From an uncultured Pseudomonadota bacterium (lineage in GTDB: Bacteria > Pseudomonadota > Gammaproteobacteria > Burkholderiales > SG8-39), in NCBI GenBank assembly GCA_963834845.1, contig CAWICY010000004.1, positions 443,954 to 507,953 on the forward strand: DNA of 64,000 nucleotides, written 5' to 3'. Shown here in pieces: positions 8,782 through 16,176 of this stretch (position 1 is its first letter; the number at the start of each line of letters is the position of its first letter). The translations under genes were made by a program, and so were the position numbers. The notes below the pieces were generated by a model, which was given only the letters and a program-made list of their open reading frames with translations, was not told the origin of the DNA and did no database searches.

Positions 8782-9786
8782 TCAAAGCCGCGCCAGCAGC
8801 GCGTCGATTTCCCGCACCAGCCCCGCCACCACGTCGCAGTGGCGCCGCAGGATGCGCTCACCCTCGAGCTCGGCGATGCGCTCGACGCGCAGCGCGTTGA
8901 GGCGCGCCACGATCGGATCGAGCGACGCCCGCGATTCGGCGAACCCGGGAAACGGCGGCCAGCCGCGCGGGTTGGGATGGTCGGTCACTTCGGCCTCCAC
9001 GCGCCCCGCATAGCCCGCCTCGGCGGAGCCGGTGACGATGCCGTAGCTCGAGCGCCAGGTGGCCGACGGCGCGGCGCCGACCACCTGCGCGTCGGAGAGA
9101 AAACCGAACTTCGGCATGCCCTCCATGGCGTAATGCAGGTTGGAAGCGGCCGTCGCGCGCACCTCCGCGTTGTCGGCCAGGCTGCCGTCCTGCGTCGGGT
9201 CGATGCAGGCGCGGAAGTAGTCTCCGCAGGTCTCGAGCGTCGACGTGATGACCGCGCCCTGCTGGAACAGCGCCGCGATGCCGGCGGCGGCGAGCAGGGC
9301 CACCGCGACCGCAGGGTAGACCGCGCATCCGTAACCGGCCAGCCTGAGGGCGGCCTGCGGCAGCTCGTGCAGCAGGCGGCCGAGATTGAGTCTCTGCTGC
9401 GGCGAGAGATCGGACTCGCTGGTCACCGAATCGAGGATCCGGATCGCCAGCCTGCAGCGCGCGTCGAGCGAGATCATCGTCTCGTGATCGAACGAGTGGC
9501 CGAGGCTCTTGCGCAAGGGCACGCGCAGCTCCCGCAGCCTGGCGATGGTGCCCTCGGTGTTGGCGAGCATCAGCAGGAGGTCGTTGCCGACGCCCGTATT
9601 CCATGTCCCGTCGTATGGCTGGAGCAGCGCCGGAAGGACCTGCTCCGCAACGCTCTCGATGGCATCGACAGGCGCGGATTCGAGCGCCATGAACCGGAAA
9701 GATGCTCTGCCGAAGCCCAGCTCGGCGCGCTCGTCGTCCCCCGGGCCCTGAATTGGGCCCGGTCCCTCACGCTCGGTCACTTCCAC
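8782..9786 (-). CDS. hypothetical protein (334 aa), one central hydrophobic segment
   Basis: High GC3 and protein-like composition, in contrast to the R-rich antisense ORF 8839..9912. Hydrophobic stretch GCAVYPAVAVALLAAAGIAALF. I recognise no family motif. The track start at 9786 is GTG; an alternative ATG lies at 9690. Confidence 0.5.
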   Translation of the reverse strand: MEVTEREGPGPIQGPGDDERAELGFGRASFRFMALESAPVDAIESVAEQVLPALLQPYDGTWNTGVGNDLLLMLANTEGTIARLRELRVPLRKSLGHSFDHETMISLDARCRLAIRILDSVTSESDLSPQQRLNLGRLLHELPQAALRLAGYGCAVYPAVAVALLAAAGIAALFQQGAVITSTLETCGDYFRACIDPTQDGSLADNAEVRATAASNLHYAMEGMPKFGFLSDAQVVGAAPSATWRSSYGIVTGSAEAGYAGRVEAEVTDHPNPRGWPPFPGFAESRASLDPIVARLNALRVERIAELEGERILRRHCDVVAGLVREIDALLARL

Positions 9787-9883
9787 GTCTCCCCCCGACC
9801 CCGATTATTGGTCGTCGGGCCCAGGGAGGCAATAGTGCTTTCGGGTCAGCTGATCCCGCTAGGGCGCAAACCCGAATATCGAC

Positions 9884-10105
9884 CTAGAGAAACTTCTCCG
9901 CGCAGACGATGATTTCCTGGTTGGTCGGGTACTTTAGGCACTCGCGCGCGTCCTCGCGCGACTTCGCGGTGAGGCGCTTGGGTTCCGGCTTGATGTCCTT
10001 GGCTGGCGATTTCATCGGCTCGGGCGCCGGCACCTTCAGCGTCTGGGCCCAGGCGGGCATCGCAACCAGCGCCGCAAGCGCGGCGAACAAGGCGAATCGT
10101 TTCAT
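9884..10105 (-). CDS. small secreted protein (73 aa)
   Basis: GGGAG lies upstream of the ATG. Signal peptide MKRFALFAALAALVAMPAWA. Two Cys in the mature part. Confidence 0.6.
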   Translation of the reverse strand: MKRFALFAALAALVAMPAWAQTLKVPAPEPMKSPAKDIKPEPKRLTAKSREDARECLKYPTNQEIIVCAEKFL

Positions 10106-10217
10106 GACCCTACTCCCTTAAGTTAAAGGGCGGAAGCAACAGTGTCGCACAGAAACGCCCCTGTGAAAAAGGGTAGGAATTCACAGAATAAGATATGTCA
10201 CGGGAATTCCTGGCGCC

Positions 10218-10634
10218 ATGACCGAGCAGAGGACCCTCAGCTTTCGCACCCGCGGCCGCGGCATGACCGAAATCACCGCAGAGATCGAGCGCGTGGTGGG
10301 CGCCAGCGGCATCCGCGCGGGCACCTGCAACCTGTTCCTGCAGCACACCAGCGCCTCGCTCATCCTGTGCGAGAACGCCGACCCGTCGGTACGGCGCGAC
10401 CTAGAGACGATCCTCGCGCGCCTCGCGCCCGACGGCGACCCGGCCTACGTGCACGACGCCGAGGGCCCCGACGACATGGCGGCACACGCGCGCTCGGTGC
10501 TCACCTCGAATTCGCTCACCATCCCGGTGTCGGGCGGGCGCCTCGCGCTCGGCACCTGGCAGGGCATCTATTTGTGGGAGCACCGCCACGAGCCGCATGC
10601 GCGACAGCTGGTCGTGACGCTGGCGGGCGAATAG
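10218..10634 (+). CDS. YjbQ/UPF0047 family secondary thiamine-phosphate synthase-like protein
   Basis: 138 aa. ITAEIERVV...GTCNLFLQHTSASL...DDMAAHARS...IPV..GRLALGTWQGIYLWEHR is typical of the YjbQ family. Confidence 0.85.
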   Translation: MTEQRTLSFRTRGRGMTEITAEIERVVGASGIRAGTCNLFLQHTSASLILCENADPSVRRDLETILARLAPDGDPAYVHDAEGPDDMAAHARSVLTSNSLTIPVSGGRLALGTWQGIYLWEHRHEPHARQLVVTLAGE

Positions 10635-10642
10635 GTGAGACC

Positions 10643-11548
10643 ATGCGCAAGGAGATTTCCATGAGCGACGCGCCGGATATCGATCACCTGCGCCGATGGG
10701 TCGGCAGGAGCGAGACGCTCGAGGACCGCTGCGACGCGGCGCGCGTGCGCCAGCTCGCGGCGAGCTTCGACATGGATCTCGCGCCGTGGCGCGACGGCGC
10801 GGAGCTGCCGCCGCTGTGGCACTGGATCTTCACCACGCCGGTGACGCCGATGTCCGAGGCGGGCCCCGACGGCCACGTGGCGCGCGGCGGCTTCCTGCCG
10901 CCGGTGCCGCTGCCGCGGCGCATGTGGGCCGGCAGCCGCGTCGCATGGCAGCGCATGCCGCGGCTCGGCGAGCCGCTGCGGCGCACATCGAGGATCGAGT
11001 CGGTCGAGATGAAGCAGGGCCGCAGCGGCACGCTGGTGTTCGTCAGCATCGCGCACGAGCTATCGAGCGGCGGGGCGCTGCTGGTCACCGAAGACCAGGA
11101 CATCGTCTACCGCGACGCGCCGGCCGGCACGCGCCCGCAGCCGAATCCTCCGGCCGAGCCGCCCGTATGGCGCGACACGCTCGAGACCGCGGCGAGCCGC
11201 TCGCCCGCGCGCTGCACGCTGGTGCCGGACGCGGTTCTGCTGTTCCGCTACTCGGCGCTCACCTTCAACAGCCACCGCATCCACTACGACCGGCGCCACT
11301 GCCTCGAGGCCGAAGGGTATCCGGGGCTGGTGGTGCACGGCCCGCTGCTCGCGTCGCTGATGGCGACGCTCGCCTGGCTGCAATCCGGACGCAGGCAGCC
11401 GCGCCGCTACGCGTTCCGCGCCCAGTCGCCGCTGTTCGACGGCGAGGCGATCGAAGTGCGTTCCGCGACCGATGGCGCCGCCGCGCAGACCGAAGTGCGC
11501 AAGGCCGACGGCACCGTCGCCATGGCCGGCGAGATGGCATGGGGTTGA
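10643..11548 (+). CDS. MaoC/FAS1-like (R)-hydratase, double hot-dog family protein
   Basis: In frame with track ORF 10142..11548. LPPLWHW...GGFLPPVPLPRRMWAGS ... YSALTFNSHRIHYD...EGYPGLVVHGPL. The start could instead be ATG 10661. Confidence 0.75.
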   Translation: MRKEISMSDAPDIDHLRRWVGRSETLEDRCDAARVRQLAASFDMDLAPWRDGAELPPLWHWIFTTPVTPMSEAGPDGHVARGGFLPPVPLPRRMWAGSRVAWQRMPRLGEPLRRTSRIESVEMKQGRSGTLVFVSIAHELSSGGALLVTEDQDIVYRDAPAGTRPQPNPPAEPPVWRDTLETAASRSPARCTLVPDAVLLFRYSALTFNSHRIHYDRRHCLEAEGYPGLVVHGPLLASLMATLAWLQSGRRQPRRYAFRAQSPLFDGEAIEVRSATDGAAAQTEVRKADGTVAMAGEMAWG

Positions 11549-11910
11549 ACCATTCGATAGCGGTTTTTATCGCGCTTTCTCTCGCGATGCCCGTGGCCGC
11601 GCAGGAAGAGAACGTGCACCGCGAGCTGATCAGGCGCCAACAGCAGAGCGACGAGTTCTCGCAGCAGCTGCGCCAGTCGGTGGAGCGGGCGCGCGTGCCG
11701 CCGGGCGACCTGAAGGGTCGGCAGGAGATCGACAGCCGGCACCTCGATGAGCGCCGCCGGCTGGAAAACCTTAACCAGCAGCAGCTCGAGCGCGCGGGGC
11801 ACGACACGCCGCCCGCGCTGCGTCCGCAGGAGCGCAGCCGCATGCAGGAAGAGCGCCGCCCGCTGGTCGCGCCGCCTGCGGCGGACGACCCCCCCGCGCC
11901 TGCGCGCTAG
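11539..11910 (+). CDS. secreted Q/R/E-rich hypothetical protein (123 aa)
   Basis: In frame with track ORF 10696..11910. Signal-like N-terminus MGLNHSIAVFIALSLAMPVAAQ. Overlaps the upstream stop by 10 nt. Confidence 0.45.
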   Translation: MGLNHSIAVFIALSLAMPVAAQEENVHRELIRRQQQSDEFSQQLRQSVERARVPPGDLKGRQEIDSRHLDERRRLENLNQQQLERAGHDTPPALRPQERSRMQEERRPLVAPPAADDPPAPAR

Positions 11911-12749
11911 AGCGCCGGCGCTGCGTGGCGACAGCGGCGCTCGAGCTGCAGCGCGAGTTGCTGAATGAGCGCCTCGCTCATCTTCGGCTCGCGCTCCAAC
12001 TTCTGGAAGAAGTGGGCGATGCGCCGCGCGGCGAGCACGGAGATGCCGGTCACTGCGGTGCGCTTGACTTGCCAGCCGGGCAGCACCAAGAGCGGCCGCA
12101 CCGGGACGGTCTCGCCCACCGCGGTCGAGAGCCAGGCGCGCACCCAGTCGGCTCGCGCCACCGCCTGCGTGAGAGGCTTGGTCTCGCGCCAGCCGGGAAA
12201 GCGCAGCGTCTCGCCGTCGTAGGCGACCTCGCCTTCCCCGGCGCCGTTCGCGCCGCGGCGCGGCGGCGCGCGGCCCTCGGTCTCGACCGCGAACACGCCC
12301 GCGGGGCCGATCACCACGTGATCGACGCTGAAGCCGCGCTCCTCGACCGGCACGTCGTGGAACACGCGATAGCCGAGCGGGGCGAGCCGGTCGAGCTCGT
12401 GGCCGGCTGCGACCTCGGCCTCGTAGGCGAGCGCGAGAATGCGCGCGCGCCGCAATACGCGCCACAGGCGCCACGACAGCCAGCCCTGCAATAGGAGCGC
12501 GCAGCCCGCGAGCGCAAGCGTCGGGTCGCGCAACGGCGTGAAGCGGACCGCGCTCCAGTAAGGCGCGAAAAGCGCCGCCGCGAGCGGCACCACGAACAGC
12601 GCGAGCGCCGCGTATTCGGCGGCGTCCCAGTTGGCGTCGGCCATGCGCAGGCGCAGCGACTCACCCGGCGCGCGCAGCAGCGCCTGCGTCAGCGCATCGC
12701 GCCGCGCGGCGCGCGTCGAGCGGTAGCGCCACGCGCCCAGCACCGCCAT
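11907..12749 (-). CDS. membrane-anchored NERD domain-containing protein
   Basis: 280 aa. Two N-terminal TM segments, then GYRVFHDV...VDHVVIGPAGVFAVETEGR, the NERD core. The true start may lie further upstream (see finding). Confidence 0.75.
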   Translation of the reverse strand: MAVLGAWRYRSTRAARRDALTQALLRAPGESLRLRMADANWDAAEYAALALFVVPLAAALFAPYWSAVRFTPLRDPTLALAGCALLLQGWLSWRLWRVLRRARILALAYEAEVAAGHELDRLAPLGYRVFHDVPVEERGFSVDHVVIGPAGVFAVETEGRAPPRRGANGAGEGEVAYDGETLRFPGWRETKPLTQAVARADWVRAWLSTAVGETVPVRPLLVLPGWQVKRTAVTGISVLAARRIAHFFQKLEREPKMSEALIQQLALQLERRCRHAAPAL

Positions 12750-12885
12750 CGTCGCGACGAACGCGAAGCCGAGGCTCGCCGCCGGAATCCATTGCCAAGT
12801 ATCGATGCCGTCCTCCCGCTGTCGGGAGGAACTGTACTACCGCACGCGCGGCTTGGGCATGTAGCCGCCAGGCGACACCTAATCA

Positions 12886-12930
12886 GGGGCAGACCCTATT
12901 TTTCGATTTGCGAAAAATAGGGTCTGTCCC
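12886..12930. repeat. palindromic pair of the GGGACAGACCCyrTTTTT motif (16-bp stem, REP/terminator-like)
   Basis: ggggcagaccctatttttcgatttgcgaaaaatagggtctgtccc. The arms at 12890-12905 and 12911-12926 are complementary. It starts 3 nt beyond the TAA (12934-12936) of the monooxygenase gene. Confidence 0.7.
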
Positions 12931-12933
12931 TCT

Positions 12934-14142
12934 TTAAAGGGTCGGGGGCGCGGCATATTCGCCGCCGAGCGCCACCAGGCCCCAGGGCGAGGCCTGCGCG
13001 TCCCAGGAAAAGCCGATGTGGCCGGCGAGCGAGTGCGCATCGCGGAATACGCGCTGCATCGGATAGCGGTCGTAGATGCCGTTGGCGCCCGCCATGGTGT
13101 GAAGCGTGTCGACCGCCTCGCTGCACAACTGCACCGCCCAGGCGACGTTTCTCTTGTAGCGCAGCTTCTCCTCTAGCGTGGGCTCGCGCCCGGCTTCGGC
13201 GATCGCCTGCGCCTCGAGCAGGTCGTTCCTGCAGATGAGGCGCGCCGCGTCGGCGCGCGCACCGGCAGCGGCCACGCGCAACTGCACGGCCTGAAACTCG
13301 CGCATACGCGCGGCGGTGTAGCTGGTGCTCCTTTCGCGCACTGCGGCCGCGGTCAGCTCGACCGCGCCGAGCGCATTGCCCACCGCTGCGCCGGCGATGC
13401 AATGCGAGCCGAGCCCGGAGAGCGGGATGCGGTAGTGCGGATGGGGATTGGTCCTGGCGCCGGGGAAGTCCGCGCCGCCGCGCGCGAGCAGCATGCCTAG
13501 CGCGCGGTGCTCGGGAACGAACAGGTCCTTCACCTTGACCGACTTCGAGCCGGTGCCGCGCATGCCGAGGACCTGCCAGTCGTCGACGATTTCGAACTCG
13601 CTCCTCGGCACCAGGCACATGCGCCAGTCGACCGCGCGCTCGCCGTCCTTAACGGTGACCGCGAGCATGTTCCACTGCGCGCCGTCGACGCCGCTGGAGA
13701 AGTTCCAGTAGCCGCTGATGACGTAGCCGCCGTCGACCTTCTTCGCCGCGCCCTGCGGGTAGGCGATGCCCGAGGCGATGAGCGCGTCCGGGTTCTCGCC
13801 CCAAACCTCCTCCTGCGCGCGCTCGTCGTACAGCGCGAGCATCCAGTGGTGGATGGCGAGGTTGGCGCAGCTCCACGCGGTCGAGGCGCAGCCGCGGCCG
13901 AGCTCGACCGGGATCTCGAACAGCGCGAGGTAGTCGAGCTCCATGCCGCCCCAGCGCCTGGGCTGCGCGAAGCGCAGCAGCCCGGTGCGGTGCAGGTCGG
14001 ACTCGGTCTCGGGCAGCAGGCACCTCGCCTGCTCGGCTTGCGCGGCCCGCTCGCGCAGCGCGGGCACCAGCGCGCGCGCGCGCTCGAGCGCCTCGGCGTA
14101 GGAGACCTTGGAGAAGTCGTTGCGCTTTTGCGGCGCGTTCAT
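12934..14142 (-). CDS. acyl-CoA dehydrogenase-fold flavin-dependent monooxygenase (HsaA/HpaB-C2-like oxygenase component)
   Basis: Track ORF 12934..14190 trimmed to MNAPQKRN, whose ATG forms an ATGA overlap with the upstream VOC stop. Sequence WSCANLAIHHWMLAL...GYWNFSSG...LGMRGTGSKSV. Confidence 0.75.
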   Translation of the reverse strand: MNAPQKRNDFSKVSYAEALERARALVPALRERAAQAEQARCLLPETESDLHRTGLLRFAQPRRWGGMELDYLALFEIPVELGRGCASTAWSCANLAIHHWMLALYDERAQEEVWGENPDALIASGIAYPQGAAKKVDGGYVISGYWNFSSGVDGAQWNMLAVTVKDGERAVDWRMCLVPRSEFEIVDDWQVLGMRGTGSKSVKVKDLFVPEHRALGMLLARGGADFPGARTNPHPHYRIPLSGLGSHCIAGAAVGNALGAVELTAAAVRERSTSYTAARMREFQAVQLRVAAAGARADAARLICRNDLLEAQAIAEAGREPTLEEKLRYKRNVAWAVQLCSEAVDTLHTMAGANGIYDRYPMQRVFRDAHSLAGHIGFSWDAQASPWGLVALGGEYAAPPTL

Positions 14143-14609
14143 GCGGTCTCGCCCACGCGCGGCATCTTGGAGTAGTCCTCGCCGCCCCACTCCGGCGCAT
14201 CGGTGATGCCGAAGAAGTTGAGCTCGATGGTGAGCCCGTTCGGGTCGCGCAGGAAGAGCTGGTAGAGGCTCGATTCGGGCAGGTAGCGCGGGCGGTACGC
14301 GACGCCCATGCCCTTCAGGCGCTTGACGAAGGCCTCGGGCTCGGTGGCGGCGAAGGCGATGTGGTCGATCACGCCGGTCTGGTCGGTGGCGGCGTTCTTC
14401 GGCGTGCCGAGGTAGTACAGCTCGGAGTTCTGGATGCCGTGCGGCCCCATGTGCACCTGGATCTTCCCGTTCACGCCGAGCCAGTAGCCCGGGAACGGAA
14501 AGTTGGGCCGCGGCATCTCCTCGAAGCCGAGGACGTCCACGTAGAAGTCGCGCGTCGCCTTCAGGTCGTTGGCGCGCACGAAATAGTGGTTGATGTCGGC
14601 GACTGGCAT
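14139..14609 (-). CDS. VOC family protein (glyoxalase/extradiol dioxygenase fold)
   Basis: 156 aa. INHYFVRANDL..TRDFYVDVLGF...IDHIAFA...LRDPNGLTIEL. Confidence 0.8.
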   Translation of the reverse strand: MPVADINHYFVRANDLKATRDFYVDVLGFEEMPRPNFPFPGYWLGVNGKIQVHMGPHGIQNSELYYLGTPKNAATDQTGVIDHIAFAATEPEAFVKRLKGMGVAYRPRYLPESSLYQLFLRDPNGLTIELNFFGITDAPEWGGEDYSKMPRVGETA

Positions 14610-14681
14610 GCTGGCTTCCTCCTCGTCTGCGGCCCGCCTAGTTTCGCCCCTGGGACGCCTGCCGTCCAGCCGGGGGGTCGC

Positions 14682-14695
14682 TTGATCCAGGTCAA
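14682..14695. promoter_or_regulatory. FNR/Anr-type box TTGATCCAGGTCAA
   Basis: Matches TTGAT-N4-GTCAA. Lies in the 136-bp divergent region between the VOC operon (ATG 14609, -) and the DUF411 gene (ATG 14746, +). Confidence 0.5.
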
Positions 14696-14745
14696 GGGCT
14701 CGCGCCCCCGGGCGGGTAGCTTGGCGCGAACAGAGGGCAGAAGAT

Positions 14746-15201
14746 ATGGATATCCAGCGCAGACGCTACCTCATCGCCGCGGTCGCGGCGAGCTTCGTTT
14801 CGATCCCGGCCGCGAGCGCGGTCGCGGCCCCCGCGCACGCGGTGACCGTGTACAAGAACCGCGCCTGCGGCTGCTGCGGCGGCTGGATCGAGCACATGCG
14901 CGCCAACGGCTTCGAGGTGCGCGTGCACGACGTCGCCGATGTCACGCCGCATAAGCAGTGGCTCGGGGTGCCGATGGCCCTTGCCTCCTGCCACACCGCC
15001 GAGGTCGGCGGCTACGCCATCGAAGGCCACGTGCCGGCGGCCGACATCCGGCGCCTGCTCGCCGAGCGGCCGGCAGGTGCGCGCGGCCTCGCGGTGCCGG
15101 GGATGGTGCCGAGCTCGCCGGGCATGGACGGTCCGCGCACCGCGTACACGACGATGGTCTTCGACTCGAGCGGTCGCACGAGCCCCTTCGCGCAGCACTA
15201 G
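14746..15201 (+). CDS. DUF411 (CopG-like) periplasmic metal-binding protein
   Basis: 151 aa. Tat-like leader MDIQRRRYLIAAVAA. Motifs CGCCGGW and SCHT. Confidence 0.8.
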   Translation: MDIQRRRYLIAAVAASFVSIPAASAVAAPAHAVTVYKNRACGCCGGWIEHMRANGFEVRVHDVADVTPHKQWLGVPMALASCHTAEVGGYAIEGHVPAADIRRLLAERPAGARGLAVPGMVPSSPGMDGPRTAYTTMVFDSSGRTSPFAQH

Positions 15202-15626
15202 TGCAGGCGATAGGCCGCGTGGCAGGCCACGCACTGCGCCGTCACCTGCGCGAGCGCCGCGAGCGCCGGCTTCAGGTCGCCGGTCGCGGCGGCTTTGTCG
15301 ACCTCCAGCGCGAAGCGGCTCGCCGCCTTGTGCATCTCGGTGCCGATCGCCTGCATGCCCTCGGGCATGTACGGTGCCACGTGCTTCGCGCCATGCAGGC
15401 CGAAGGAGCTCAGCCCCAGGCGCTGCTCGGCGAGCTTGCCCGCCTCGTCGGGATCGTTGCGGCCGAGCGCGGCCTGGATCTTCTCGAGCGTCGCGAGGTG
15501 GTCGCGCATGTTCGCCAGCTCGTGCTCGAGCATCATCGGCGGGAACTGGACGTATTGGCGCGCGTCCTCGGCGGCGCGCGGCGCCGCGCAGACGAGCAAG
15601 GCGGCAACGAGCAGCGAACGCTTCAC
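15198..15626 (-). CDS. class II (cytochrome c-prime / c556-like) four-helix c-type cytochrome
   Basis: In frame with track ORF 15198..15848. GTG start forms a GTGA overlap with the upstream stop. Signal peptide (M)KRSLLVAALLVCAAPRAA. A single CVACH haem site lies close to the C-terminus. Confidence 0.7.
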   Translation of the reverse strand: MKRSLLVAALLVCAAPRAAEDARQYVQFPPMMLEHELANMRDHLATLEKIQAALGRNDPDEAGKLAEQRLGLSSFGLHGAKHVAPYMPEGMQAIGTEMHKAASRFALEVDKAAATGDLKPALAALAQVTAQCVACHAAYRLH

Positions 15627-16084
15627 AGCGTGCGCAGGTAGATCACGATCTTCCAGATGTCCTCGTCCTTGAGCGTGCCCTTGAACGGCGGCATGGCGCT
15701 CTTGAACTGGATGCCACCCTCGGCGATGGTCCAGAAGAAGAATCCGTCGCTCCCGATGCGCATGCGCGCGAGTCCGGCGAGCACCGCCGGCGCGGGGTCG
15801 AGCCCCTTGGCGCCGGGCCCGTCGCCGAGCCCCGCTGCGCCGTGGCACACCGCGCAGTTCTGCTCGAAGAGCATCTTGCCCGCCGCGAGATTCGCCGGAC
15901 TGCCCGGCAGCGGATTACGCAGCGCGGCGTACTGCGGATCGACGCCGTGGTGCATGAAGTAGAAATGGCGCGCCGACGGGCCGCCCCCCATCGTGCCGGG
16001 GCCCCTGCCAGGGCCCATCTGCGCGCCAGCCGCAGCGGGAACGAGTGATGCGGCCACCATGAAAGAAACGATCAAGCGCTTCAT
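15623..16084 (-). CDS. class I c-type cytochrome
   Basis: Track ORF 15623..16096 trimmed to the ATG at 16084 (GGAG 11 nt upstream). Signal peptide MKRLIVSFMVAASLVPAAAGA. Haem site CAVCH, and a distal Met in SAMPPF. Confidence 0.8.
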   Translation of the reverse strand: MKRLIVSFMVAASLVPAAAGAQMGPGRGPGTMGGGPSARHFYFMHHGVDPQYAALRNPLPGSPANLAAGKMLFEQNCAVCHGAAGLGDGPGAKGLDPAPAVLAGLARMRIGSDGFFFWTIAEGGIQFKSAMPPFKGTLKDEDIWKIVIYLRTL

Positions 16085-16092
16085 AAGTCTTC

Positions 16093-16176
16093 TCACTCCG
16101 TTGGCAGGAAGCTATCGATGAAAAGATGGCGCTCGCCGGTATTGCCGATGGTCTCGAGAATGTTGTCGGCTTTCAT
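16093..16176 (-). other. 27-codon ORF translationally coupled to glpD; possible remnant of a cysteine synthase/CBS-type PLP enzyme N-terminus
   Basis: ATG at 16176 overlaps the glpD TGA (ATGA). Peptide MKADNILETIGNTGERHLFIDSFLPTE. ILETIGNT resembles the conserved IGNTPL N-terminal motif. Too short for the track. Confidence 0.25.

Noticed and set aside
10175-10211. 8-bp inverted repeat AGGAATTC ... GAATTCCT (two EcoRI sites 29 bp apart) just upstream of the yjbQ-like gene
   Set aside because: It is real in the sequence and possibly an operator flanking an AT-rich -10-like core. However it is a single occurrence with no partner regulator in the window, and I could attach no supportable function.
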